A stretch of 64,000 nt of DNA, from assembly GCA_963702425.1 (NCBI GenBank), contig CAVPCQ010000018.1, positions 32,001 through 96,000 on the forward strand, written 5' to 3'. The stretch is from an uncultured Acidobacteriota bacterium. GTDB taxonomy: Bacteria > Acidobacteriota > Polarisedimenticolia > J045. This document shows, piece by piece, positions 10,117-19,957 of this stretch. Position numbers and translations under genes: made by a program. Within the stretch, counting starts at the first letter, position 1. Each line of letters begins with the position of its first letter. The notes under the pieces are model-generated. The model did not search any database. It was not told the DNA's origin and worked only from the letters and a program-made list of their open reading frames with translations.

Positions 10117-13100
10117 GTGAGCCCTGCGCGACGGATCGTGTTCCTGATCGCTGTCCTTTCGCTGCCGCTCGTGGCGTGGCCCGGGTTCGGCCCGGCGTTT
10201 GCTGCCTCGCGGCCACCCTCGGCGCGGCTCGCCGGCCCCGCCCTCCCGTCGAGCGACGCCTCCGGCGTGCCACTCGAAGCCGGCCTCGGAGTGGCCTGTC
10301 GTTCCCCGCTCCCGCTCCTCGTCGCGGCGCAGCAGGACGGCCGCCCGCTCCTGGCGTCGTTCGGCGCCGGGTCCACCGATGCGGCTTGCCTCGACGCGCA
10401 GCGCACATCTCCGCCGGCCCGCCTCGTCGCGCATGCCGGCGGCTTCGCGGCAGCCTGGGTCACCGCCGGGGCTGCTGCCCGTGCCGATGGATCTGGCGTC
10501 GACGCGCTCCACCTCGCGCGGATCGACGGCGCCGGGCAACTGATCGATGGGCACGAGATCGCGAGCGCTCCCAGGGACACGATCGCGGGCGTGGACCTGG
10601 CCGCCGGGCCCGGGCCAACGCTGGGGGTTGCCTGGATCGAGCGCGGCTCCCGGGGCGATCGCGTCCTCGTTACGATCCTCTCCGGACCGGGCGAGTCGGC
10701 GGTGAGCGCGGCCTTCGAATCCGTGACCGGGGCTCGGGCGGAGGCGCCGCGCCTGGCGTGGGACGCGTGGCGCGCGCAATGGTTCGTGCTCTGGATAGAA
10801 CGCGATGGCGACGGGACCCCGGGGCTCCGCTCGGCGCGCCTCGACGCGCGGGCCGGGATCGTTGCGCCGCCGGCGGAGGTCGACGGCGTCCGGCCGGCGG
10901 GGATCGCGATCGCCCTCGGCGAGGGCGTGCTCGCCGTCGCGGTCGACGGCGAACGTGAGCGGCGGCGGGCTGCCGAACTGCGGCTGTTCTCGGTGAACGC
11001 CGAAGGACGGCTCGCCGCGATCGCGCCGCCGATCGCGCTGACGGGCGACCTCCCGGCGGACGAAACGCTCGCGCCGGCCACCGCCTGGGACGCGCTTCGG
11101 GGCGTCTTCTTCGTCGCCTGGCTCGCCCGCCCGGGCGCCGGCGGCGATGCGTCCGGCGCTTCGGTCGCGCTGCGGCTGGCGGCCTTCGATGCGTCGGGCG
11201 ACCCCGTGCAGCGCGCGGTCGAGCTGGCGCGGGACGGTGCGCCGCGCGGCGGCGTGGCGTTGACCGTCTCGGGCGGCCGGCCGCTCGCCTTGTGGGGCGC
11301 GCTCGATGTCGCGCTCGCCGTCGGCCCCCCCGACGACGGCGCGTCGGCGCCGGCCGATCCGCCGGCCGGCCCGCTCGCCCCGCTCGACTGCACGCCTTCG
11401 GACGAGCTCTGCGACGGCACCGACAACGACTGCGACGGCTCCGTCGACGAGGTCACCGGGCCGCGCTACGTCGCGCCGACCGGGAGCGACGCCGCGAACC
11501 TCTGCACCGTCAGCACGGCGCCCTGCGCCACGATCTCTCGCGCCGTGCTCGCCGCCTGCGCCGGCGAGACGGTCAACGTCGCGGAGGGGACCTACAGCGA
11601 GAACGTGACGATCGACAAGCCGCTCGTCGTGGACGCCAGCGGCATCGCCCCCAACACGCAGCTGGCGGGGACCAACACCGGCGACGTGCTGCGGATCCTG
11701 TCCTCCGGCGTGATCTGGGACGGCGTCGAGGTCAGCGGGGCGCCGGGCCATGCCTGTGTGCGCATCGGCGATCCCGCGCACCCGGCGCTGCGCGACGTCT
11801 TCGTCCAGAACATGGCCGCCTACGGCTGCCGCCAGGGGATCGTGCTCGACAGCACCGGCTCGCCCACCGCGGCCGGCCTGTGGAACCGGCTGCTGGCGGT
11901 CGACATCCGCGACGCGGTGGCCGACGGGACGCCCGACAGCGGCGTCGGCCTGCTGGCGATCAACGGCAACGGCAAGCTGGAGCTCAAGGTCAGCCTGATC
12001 CGCAACAACGCCGGCAGCGGCGTGCGGTTCAAGAACCCGGGGACCGGCGGAACGAACCGCACGCTCGTGTTCGCCGGGGACTTCGTCCAGGGGAACGGCC
12101 TGGCCTCGAATGCCGACGGCCGGGCCGGGATCGAGATCGCCGACGCCAGCGAGGTCCGGTTCGAGGGGAACGACGTCAGCCTGCACACCGGCGTCGCCGC
12201 CGGCGACGACGGCCGCGGCATCGTGCTGACCAACGTCGCGAGCGGGACCTTCTACTGCAACCGGATCCGGCAGAACGATACCGGCCTCAACGCGCGCGGG
12301 AGCACCGCGCTCGCGGTGCTGGTCGAGCAGAGCCGGTTCATCAACCACGGCTTCGTGGGCGTGCTGGCCGAGGCCCCCGCCCTGCTGACGATCGGCCGCT
12401 CGATCCTCCAGGGAAACGCGACCGGGCTGGAGAACCGCGGCGGCACGGTCGCGGTCGTTGCGCGGGAAAACTGGTGGGGTGCGGCCAGCGGTCCGGCACC
12501 CGTCGGCACGGGCGACCGCGTCGTCGGGCTGGTGGATACGACCGGCTTCATCGCTCGAACGAACGCCCCCTGGTTCGTCCGGCAGCCGGCCGACTCGGGC
12601 TGGGATCCCGGGCCCGACCTCTGCTTCCAGCGCTTCCAGCCGGCGATCGACGCCGCCGCGGACGGCGACCTGGTCCTGGGTGGACCCGGGACCTACTTCG
12701 AGCACATTGCACTCGCCAAGCGGCTCGACATCGAAGGCACCGCCGCGCCGACAGGCTGCCCACTGAGCGCGATCGACGCGACGCAGAACCCCGGCGAGCA
12801 CCTGCCGGGGATGCGCGTGACCGGCGTGACCGGCCTCACGCTGAAGAACCTCACGATCCACTCCGCTGGCGAGGGGAACCCCTGCGGCGCGGCGACCGGC
12901 GCCGAGATCGGGCTCGATTTCGTCAACGTCTCGAACGCGAGCGTGACCAACCTCTGCCTGTCCGAGAACGGCGTGTCGGAGCTGCGCCTCTACGGCAACT
13001 CCGACGGCAACACCTTCACGAACCTGACGATCGACGGGATGATCCGGAACTTCGCGGGCGAGGACGTCTGCGGCCACCGCTCGCGCGAGGGGATCCTGGT

Positions 13101-15978
13101 CGACGGCGGCCCGGTCTGCGAGGCCGGCAGCGGAGCCTTCGCCAACGGCAACGCGTTCCACGGCGGATCGATCGTCAACGTCGTGCGCGGCGCGGCGCTG
13201 AAGCTCGCGCGCACGACCGCGATCACCGGCTACTCGATCGACGCGACACCCGCGCCGCTGTGGGGGACCGCGAACGCCTACGGAGTGCTCGTCGCCCTCG
13301 CCGAGGACACGCTGATCGACTCCTGCACCCTGGCCAGCAACCAGGCGACCGACCAGGTTCGGATCGAGGGACGCGCCGCGGGGTCGTGCGTCACTGAGCT
13401 CACCAACAGTGCGCGCACGACGGTCTCGAACAGCACGATCCGCCGCGCCACGCAGGCCGGCGTCCACTTCCAGCGCAACGCCGGCGACCCGGGCGCGCCG
13501 ATCCTCAGCCGCCTGAACTGCAACGAGATCACCCAGAACGTCTTCGGGGTGCTGTCCGACGCCGCCGGGATCCCGCCAGGGACCGACAACGCGCTGCGCC
13601 TGAACGACGTGCGGGGCAACACGACGAATGGCATGCGCAACAACGACTCGCCGCCGCTCGAGGCCGCCGCCAACTTCTGGGGCGCCACGAACGGACCGAG
13701 CGGCGCGGGGCCGGGGAGCGGCGACTCGGTCTCCGGGTCGGTCACCTTCTCCCCCTGGCTCACGTCCTCGGTCTTCAACGACTTCGACGGCGACACCTTC
13801 TCGGAGTGCGCGGGCGACTGCAACGACACGGCTGGCGCGATCAACCCGAACGCGACGGAGATCTGCGACGGCCTCGACAACGATTGCGACGGCAGCGTGG
13901 ACGAAGGCGGCCTGACACGGACCTGGTACCGCGATCTCGACGAGGACGGCTACGGCAACCCGGCGGCGACCCAGACGACGGCCTGCGGCGCGGCGGCCCC
14001 ACCCGGGTACGTCGCCAACAACCAGGACTGCGACGATGGCAACGGCAGCCGGTTCCCCGGCAATCCGGAAGTCTGCGACGCGCTGGACAACGACTGCGAT
14101 TCGACGGTGGACGAGGGGCTGTCCCAGAACACCTACTACCGCGACGCCGACGCCGACGGCTACGGCAACCCGTCCCAGACGAGGGGCGACTGCTCGGCGA
14201 CGCCGCCCGCCGGCTACGTCGCCGTCGCCGGCGACTGCAACGACGCGAACCGCGCGATCAACCCGGGAGCGAGCGAGATCTGCACCGACGTGGTCGACAA
14301 CGACTGCGACGGCTCGGTCGATGCCCAGGACACCCCCTGCTCCGGGCTCGGGATCACGAATCTCCGCTTCGTCGCCGGGACGCGGACCGACCTCTCCTGG
14401 AGCACGGCGGCCAGCGCGAGCAGCTATGCGGTCGTGCGCGGGTCGCTCGAGGGGCAGGTCTTCGCGTACAACCACCGCTGCCTGGCCAGCGAGCTGTCCA
14501 CGCCGACTGCCAAGGACACGGCCGTGCCGGTGCCAGGCGCGGCGTACTATTACCTGGCCACCGGGCTGTCGCGGAACCCGACGACGGGAGACCTCATCGG
14601 GGGGCCGCTCGGCAACGCCTCGAACGGCGCGACGCGCCCCGACTCGGCGAGCGTCTCCTGCGGTCCGCGCGTTTACGTCAATCCTGCCGCGGCCGGCGCC
14701 GGCAACGGCCTGTCGTGGGCCGATGCCTACACCACGATCAGCGCTGCGCTCGGCCACCCGAAGGCGCCGAGCCGCGGGCTCGAGATCTGGGCCAGGGGGG
14801 CCTCGACCGGAAAGAACGGCAGCCTCGTCGCGGAGACCCGGCCCGGCGCGATGGTCCTGGGCGGCTTCAACGGAACCGAGACGGCGAACTGGCTGCGCAA
14901 CCCGGCGACGAACCCCACGAGCTGGGCGGGCCAGGCGACCGGCGCGCTGCTGGCGCTGGACCGCTCGAGCATCGTCATCGACGGGGCGACGCTCAGCGGC
15001 TCGCCGACCGGGATCGACGCCACCGTGCGCGGCGGGACGGTCGAGCTGCGCGGCCTGACGATGAACGGGTTCTCGGCGCGCGCGGTCGACCTGCGCGCCG
15101 ACAGCGCGGCAGGGGCGACGCTCGTCGTCGTCGGCAGTACCGTGGGCAGTGGCGGGGCCCAGGCGATCCGGGCGGTCGCGAGCGCCGGAACGCTGTCCGG
15201 CGTGATCCGCGCGAGCACCTTCGACGGCGGGACCGACGCGGCGCTGCGGCTTGAGGCACGGCCGACCGCCGCTGCGGCGACCGTGGCGCTGAAGGTCCTG
15301 TCGAACACCATCCGCGGCGGCGCGGTCGGAATCGTCGCCGGCGCCTACGGCTCCGACAACGGGCTGTCGGCGACCAACTCTTCGACGATCGCGTCGAACC
15401 TGATCCGAACGACGACGGCGGAAGCGTTGCGCGTCGAGGCCGCCGGCAGCTACGCCGCGTTCGCCGGCGCGAACGCCGTGCGCGCCGTGCCGTCCGTGAC
15501 CGGCAACACCTTCACCGACGCCGGGGGAGCGGGCCTGGTGTGCACCGCGACGCGGACCGACACCAGCGGCGTGCCCGGCTCCCACGAGGTGCGGGCGGTG
15601 CCCCAGGTCTGGGACAACCTGATCACTTTCAACGCCTCCCAGGGGATCCGCGAGTCGACGGACAACGTCGCCCAGAACCTGGTCGCCGACCCGGTAGTGA
15701 TCGGCAACGACCTGTTCGGGAACGCGTCGCTCTACCTCGACGAGGGGACCACGACGCTGCCGACGATCGGTGACGTGAACGCCAGGCCCGGCAACCGCGA
15801 GAACTGGTCGACCGATCCGCTCTACGTCAACCGCGCGGCGCGGGACTACAGGCTGCAGGCCGGATCGACGGCGATCAACCGGGCCCACCTGGACGCGCCG
15901 GGCCTGACGACGCTGGACGTCACGGGCGGCCCGCGGGTCAAGGGAACGGCGCCGGATACCGGCGCGAACGAGTGGTAG
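10117..15978 (+). CDS. Very large secreted/surface protein with right-handed beta-helix regions and CDGxDNDCDG putative metal-binding repeats
   Basis: GTG 10117 after GGAGG, followed by a signal peptide; four C..DNDCD repeats; Asn/Thr/Gly-rich parallel beta-helix text; C-terminal DPLYV..DYRLQAGS..DTGANEW. Confidence 0.85.
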   Translation: MSPARRIVFLIAVLSLPLVAWPGFGPAFAASRPPSARLAGPALPSSDASGVPLEAGLGVACRSPLPLLVAAQQDGRPLLASFGAGSTDAACLDAQRTSPPARLVAHAGGFAAAWVTAGAAARADGSGVDALHLARIDGAGQLIDGHEIASAPRDTIAGVDLAAGPGPTLGVAWIERGSRGDRVLVTILSGPGESAVSAAFESVTGARAEAPRLAWDAWRAQWFVLWIERDGDGTPGLRSARLDARAGIVAPPAEVDGVRPAGIAIALGEGVLAVAVDGERERRRAAELRLFSVNAEGRLAAIAPPIALTGDLPADETLAPATAWDALRGVFFVAWLARPGAGGDASGASVALRLAAFDASGDPVQRAVELARDGAPRGGVALTVSGGRPLALWGALDVALAVGPPDDGASAPADPPAGPLAPLDCTPSDELCDGTDNDCDGSVDEVTGPRYVAPTGSDAANLCTVSTAPCATISRAVLAACAGETVNVAEGTYSENVTIDKPLVVDASGIAPNTQLAGTNTGDVLRILSSGVIWDGVEVSGAPGHACVRIGDPAHPALRDVFVQNMAAYGCRQGIVLDSTGSPTAAGLWNRLLAVDIRDAVADGTPDSGVGLLAINGNGKLELKVSLIRNNAGSGVRFKNPGTGGTNRTLVFAGDFVQGNGLASNADGRAGIEIADASEVRFEGNDVSLHTGVAAGDDGRGIVLTNVASGTFYCNRIRQNDTGLNARGSTALAVLVEQSRFINHGFVGVLAEAPALLTIGRSILQGNATGLENRGGTVAVVARENWWGAASGPAPVGTGDRVVGLVDTTGFIARTNAPWFVRQPADSGWDPGPDLCFQRFQPAIDAAADGDLVLGGPGTYFEHIALAKRLDIEGTAAPTGCPLSAIDATQNPGEHLPGMRVTGVTGLTLKNLTIHSAGEGNPCGAATGAEIGLDFVNVSNASVTNLCLSENGVSELRLYGNSDGNTFTNLTIDGMIRNFAGEDVCGHRSREGILVDGGPVCEAGSGAFANGNAFHGGSIVNVVRGAALKLARTTAITGYSIDATPAPLWGTANAYGVLVALAEDTLIDSCTLASNQATDQVRIEGRAAGSCVTELTNSARTTVSNSTIRRATQAGVHFQRNAGDPGAPILSRLNCNEITQNVFGVLSDAAGIPPGTDNALRLNDVRGNTTNGMRNNDSPPLEAAANFWGATNGPSGAGPGSGDSVSGSVTFSPWLTSSVFNDFDGDTFSECAGDCNDTAGAINPNATEICDGLDNDCDGSVDEGGLTRTWYRDLDEDGYGNPAATQTTACGAAAPPGYVANNQDCDDGNGSRFPGNPEVCDALDNDCDSTVDEGLSQNTYYRDADADGYGNPSQTRGDCSATPPAGYVAVAGDCNDANRAINPGASEICTDVVDNDCDGSVDAQDTPCSGLGITNLRFVAGTRTDLSWSTAASASSYAVVRGSLEGQVFAYNHRCLASELSTPTAKDTAVPVPGAAYYYLATGLSRNPTTGDLIGGPLGNASNGATRPDSASVSCGPRVYVNPAAAGAGNGLSWADAYTTISAALGHPKAPSRGLEIWARGASTGKNGSLVAETRPGAMVLGGFNGTETANWLRNPATNPTSWAGQATGALLALDRSSIVIDGATLSGSPTGIDATVRGGTVELRGLTMNGFSARAVDLRADSAAGATLVVVGSTVGSGGAQAIRAVASAGTLSGVIRASTFDGGTDAALRLEARPTAAAATVALKVLSNTIRGGAVGIVAGAYGSDNGLSATNSSTIASNLIRTTTAEALRVEAAGSYAAFAGANAVRAVPSVTGNTFTDAGGAGLVCTATRTDTSGVPGSHEVRAVPQVWDNLITFNASQGIRESTDNVAQNLVADPVVIGNDLFGNASLYLDEGTTTLPTIGDVNARPGNRENWSTDPLYVNRAARDYRLQAGSTAINRAHLDAPGLTTLDVTGGPRVKGTAPDTGANEW

Positions 15979-16087
15979 GGGCCGGCCTCCGTGCCAGCCC
16001 GCACGGCGCACGATCAGTAGGGGCCGGCCTCCGTGCCGGCCCGCACGGCGCAGCTCCTTCCGGGCCGGGACGGAGCCCGGCCCCTAC
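15975..16087. repeat. GTAG-type REP cluster 2
   Basis: Direct units at 15975 and 16017 (42-nt period) and an inverted unit at 16062-16087, between convergent genes. Confidence 0.88.
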
Positions 16088-17904
16088 GGCCCGTAGCCGT
16101 TTCCTTCGCAGAAGGTCCGGATCTCCGGGACCTGGGCCGCGAACGGGCGCGCCGCCGCGCAGGCCGATCGCGCCCCGGCGGGATCCCCGCGTCCATCGCG
16201 CGCCATGGCGAGTCCCAGGTGCGCTCTTCCGAGGCGCGGGTCGATCGCCAGCGCGTGCGCGTACAGCGCCTCCGCGGCGGCGAAGCGCCCGGCCAGCAGC
16301 TGCCGCGAGCCCGTGCCGAGCAGCAGGTTGAGCTGATTCGGATGCGCCGCCAGCGCCGGCTCCAGCGCGGCGAGCGACCGCGGGCCATCGGGCTCGCAGG
16401 CGTAGACGACCATCGCCGCGATCCCGCGCTCGCGCCGCAGCCACGGCGCCGAGCGGGGCACGAACGCGGCGTGCGCGAGCGCGTCCTCGCAGTCGCTGGC
16501 AGCCTGGGCGCGAATCGCCTCGCCGAGCGCGGCCTGCGCGTGCAGCTCGCCGCGGCCGGCCCACCCCGCGGCCAGCCCGGCGAGGATCGCTAGCGCTGTG
16601 GTGGCGTGTCGCGCCGAGGCCGGCCAGCCGGGCCGCGGTGCGGCCCAAGCGAGCCCGGCGAGGGTCCAGGTCAGTGCGGCCGTCGCGGGCGAGCGCAGCG
16701 GGAAGCCGACGAGCCCGTGAACGAGCACGCCGGCCAGCGCCGCCGTGCGCGCCGCCGCCGCGGTGTCGCCGCACGTCGCGGCGCGTGCCGAGCGCACGAG
16801 CGCGCCGGCAAGCAACGCGAGCAGGCCGAGCGCGGCCGGCAGCCCGAGTTCCACGGCCAGCTCGAGTGCGTCGTTCTCGGCGTGCTCGGCCTGCCGCTCG
16901 GTTCCGAAGCTGGGCGTCGCGATCGAGCGGGCCTGCACCAGCGGGTAGACGACCGGAAAGCGCCCGGCCCCAACGCCGAGGAGCGGTGCGTCGGCGACGA
17001 GGCCCAGCGTGTTGCGCGCCAGCGCGGCACGGATCTCGACGGTGCGGTCGCCGGCGCGGATGGCTTCGAAGCGCGACGCCAAGGACGGGAGCCGCTCATC
17101 CCGACCGGAGGGCAGGATGAGCCCGAGCGCGGCAAGCACCAGCGCGAAGAGCGCCGGCGCCGCGAGGCGCCTTCTCCCCCGGTCGCCGCCGTGGAGCCGC
17201 ACGCCGCGCGCCGCATACGCCGCCAGCCCGGCGCCGAGCGACCACCCGGCGACCGCGGCGACGATGCCGCCGCGGCTGCGCGTCGCGCCCAGCAGCGCCG
17301 CGCCCAGCCCGGTCCCGATCGCCGCCGCCCAGCGCCCGCTGCGCGTCGTTGCCGTGGCCAGGGCCCACGCACCGAGCGGTACGAGCGCAACGAGGAACTC
17401 GGCCACGGCGACCCGGCTGACGAAGGTCGCGGCCGGTGCGCGCGCCTGCGCGATGCCATCGAAACCGCCCCAGGCCTGCGCCAGACCGAGCGCCCCCAGC
17501 GCCGGCAGCGCGAGCAGCGCCGCGCGACGCAGGCCCTTCAGCACCGCGGGTGCGCCGACGGGGCTCGACGCGGCGAGGGCCAGCAGCCAGGGAGCGGCCA
17601 GCAGCGCCAGGTCGCGCACCACTGTGATTCGCTCGGGTGCGGGCGCAAGCGTGACGCCGGCCAGCCCGAGGGCCACGACCGCGGCGATCGTCCACGCGAG
17701 CGCCGGCGCGGGCGCGAACCCCGGCCGGCGCGACGCGAGCGCGAGCAGCAGCGGCGCGGCGGCTAGCAGCACGGTGCGCCGCGGCGCATCGCCGGGCTGC
17801 TCGAGGCCGGGGAGAAACGACAGCGCGAGCAGGATCAGCACGAGGGCCCACGCCGCGGGCTCGAACTCGGCGGGAATCTGCGGCGGATGGTCCGGCTGTC
17901 TCAC
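16084..17904 (-). CDS. O-antigen ligase/Wzy_C family membrane protein with C-terminal TPR
   Basis: Many TM helices; ATRSRGG, PLLGVGAGRF, HAENDALELAVELG; TPR-like AEALYAHALAIDP. Confidence 0.82.
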   Translation of the reverse strand: MRQPDHPPQIPAEFEPAAWALVLILLALSFLPGLEQPGDAPRRTVLLAAAPLLLALASRRPGFAPAPALAWTIAAVVALGLAGVTLAPAPERITVVRDLALLAAPWLLALAASSPVGAPAVLKGLRRAALLALPALGALGLAQAWGGFDGIAQARAPAATFVSRVAVAEFLVALVPLGAWALATATTRSGRWAAAIGTGLGAALLGATRSRGGIVAAVAGWSLGAGLAAYAARGVRLHGGDRGRRRLAAPALFALVLAALGLILPSGRDERLPSLASRFEAIRAGDRTVEIRAALARNTLGLVADAPLLGVGAGRFPVVYPLVQARSIATPSFGTERQAEHAENDALELAVELGLPAALGLLALLAGALVRSARAATCGDTAAAARTAALAGVLVHGLVGFPLRSPATAALTWTLAGLAWAAPRPGWPASARHATTALAILAGLAAGWAGRGELHAQAALGEAIRAQAASDCEDALAHAAFVPRSAPWLRRERGIAAMVVYACEPDGPRSLAALEPALAAHPNQLNLLLGTGSRQLLAGRFAAAEALYAHALAIDPRLGRAHLGLAMARDGRGDPAGARSACAAARPFAAQVPEIRTFCEGNGYGP

Positions 17905-17943
17905 GGAGGCGAGTGTACGGGATCCGGGGACGACCCGGCGCCG

Positions 17944-19728
17944 CTACCAGTGGGCGAAGATCTCCTCCAGGAAGGCCTGGAAGAAGCGCTGCTGGAACAG
18001 CCAGGCGAGGATCAGCCCCGAGAGCCCCAGGAGCGCCGGCCCGTAGGCCGCGGCACGCGGCGCGGCGGCGACCGCCGTCGCCGAACGCGGTGCCGGCGGG
18101 TGCGCCGCCGCCCCTTCGGCCTGCAGGCGCCGATCCTCCTGCAGCAGGCCGGACAGCTCGCGCGCCACCTCCTCGGCCGAGGTGATGCGCGCGTGTGCCG
18201 GCGCGAGCAGCCGCGCCAGGATCCGCACGAAGCCCTGCGGCAGGTCGACCCGCCGGGCGAGGTTCGCCACCGCGTCGTCCACCGACTCGGGCGGAGAGGC
18301 CGCGAAGAGCATCTCGTAGATCACTGCGCCCAGCGAGAACAGGTCCGCCGAGTGCGAGCGGCCCCCCTCGGGGGCGGCGTACCAGTTGCGCTGCGCCGAA
18401 CCGTCGTTGGCATAGTGCTCGGGGAGGCCGAAGTCGGTGACCTTGACGCCGCCGTCGCGACCGAACATCACGTTCGACGGCCGGACGTTGCCGTGCACGA
18501 TACCCTCGCGCGCGGCGAACGCGAGGCCCTGTGCGACCTCGCGCGCCACACGCACCGCTTCGCGCCACGGGTGCGGCTGCACCAGGCGCTCGCGCAGGTC
18601 GCCGCCGTCGCAGTGCTCCATCACCATGATGAACGATTCGTCGCGCTCGCCGACGACGTGGATCTTGCAGATGTTGGGGTGGTCGACGCGCATCATGGCG
18701 CGGGCGACCCGCAGCGCCTCGTTGTCCCTCTGGTAGCGCTTGACGACGATCTTCTCGCCGCCGGGGCCGCCCTTGCGGACCAGGTAGACCGACCGGCGGT
18801 CGTCCTGGCGGATGACGTCGAGCAGCTCGAATCCGCCGGGGGTGTCGAGCGACGACGCCGCGCCGCGCCGGACGCGGTCTTCGATATGGCGGCCTTCCAG
18901 CGCGTTGATCAGCGCCTCGCGGAAGACGCCGGAATCGGTGAAGCGCGCCGTCGGGTTGACCGCCAGCGCCTTCTCGATGATCGGGCGGATCCGGTCCGGA
19001 ATGTCCGCGCCGGGCAGCGTCAGGCCCGGTCCCGGCGGCAGCTTGCCGGTGATGATCCGGTGCAGGATGACGCCGAGGGAGTAGACGTCGGCCTCCGGGC
19101 CGACGAAGTCGAACGCCGAGCGCTGCTCGGGCGCCATGAAGGCGCGCGTGCCGAGCGCCGTCTTGGGCGAGGGTCCGGTATCGAGATCCAGGCCCTCCGC
19201 CGCGCGCCGCACCGCCGCGATTCCGAAATCGGACAGCTTCACCTGCCCGTTGCGGCTGACGAGGATGTTGGCGGGCTTGACATCGCGGTGGATGACCTTG
19301 TTGCGGTGCGCGTAGGCCAGTCCTCGCGACGCCTGGACCAGGATCCAGATCGCGCGGTCGCGGGACAGGTCGCCTGCCGTCAGCATCTCCTGGAGCGTCT
19401 TCCCCTCCACGTACTCCATCACGAAGAACGGCCCCGCGGGCGTCGCGCCGCGGTCGATGATGTGAACGAGGTTGGGGTGGTTGAGGCGGGCCAGGACGCG
19501 CGCTTCCTGCTCGAAGAAGGCGACCATCTCCTGCTGGCTCAGGTGCTCGTGGCGCAGGATCTTGACGGCCACGCGCCGGCCGAGCGAGGTCTGCTCCGCC
19601 TCCCAGACCTCGGCGAAGCCGCCGCGGGCCAGCAGACGGATGAGGTCGAGGCCGGGCACGAGTTCGAGCCGGTCGCGCTTCGGCAGCGCGGCCGGCGGCC
19701 GTTCCAGGATTGTCCCCACTCCCGTCAT
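17944..19728 (-). CDS. Ser/Thr protein kinase with two tandem kinase domains and a C-terminal TM helix
   Basis: Domain 1: GGFAEVW, VAVK, HRDVKPAN, DFG, APE; domain 2: HGNVRPSN, DFG, APE; ATG 19728 with GGGGAG RBS. Confidence 0.9.
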   Translation of the reverse strand: MTGVGTILERPPAALPKRDRLELVPGLDLIRLLARGGFAEVWEAEQTSLGRRVAVKILRHEHLSQQEMVAFFEQEARVLARLNHPNLVHIIDRGATPAGPFFVMEYVEGKTLQEMLTAGDLSRDRAIWILVQASRGLAYAHRNKVIHRDVKPANILVSRNGQVKLSDFGIAAVRRAAEGLDLDTGPSPKTALGTRAFMAPEQRSAFDFVGPEADVYSLGVILHRIITGKLPPGPGLTLPGADIPDRIRPIIEKALAVNPTARFTDSGVFREALINALEGRHIEDRVRRGAASSLDTPGGFELLDVIRQDDRRSVYLVRKGGPGGEKIVVKRYQRDNEALRVARAMMRVDHPNICKIHVVGERDESFIMVMEHCDGGDLRERLVQPHPWREAVRVAREVAQGLAFAAREGIVHGNVRPSNVMFGRDGGVKVTDFGLPEHYANDGSAQRNWYAAPEGGRSHSADLFSLGAVIYEMLFAASPPESVDDAVANLARRVDLPQGFVRILARLLAPAHARITSAEEVARELSGLLQEDRRLQAEGAAAHPPAPRSATAVAAAPRAAAYGPALLGLSGLILAWLFQQRFFQAFLEEIFAHW

Positions 19729-19957
19729 CGCTCTCCCCGTCTCCGGCTTCGAGACGCCCTGCCAAGAACTTAGGTCGCGGGAGGGTCCGCGTCCGCCCCG
19801 AACGGGCCGCGTCCCGCGATCGGCTGCGGGGCGGCCGGGGAGGGCCCGCGACCGACCGCCGAATCCGGGGAAAACCCCGTCAGACAAGAGGTTCCGGGGA
19901 GGTTTGGAACTCAATGAAACTCAGTTAGACTGAGGCCTTCTTGCTTGGAGAGCCTCG

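Noticed and set aside
9538-16011. 2157-aa minus-strand ORF
   Set aside because: Antisense shadow of the real plus-strand surface protein; Arg/Gly/Ala-rich text with no motifs, typical of high-GC DNA
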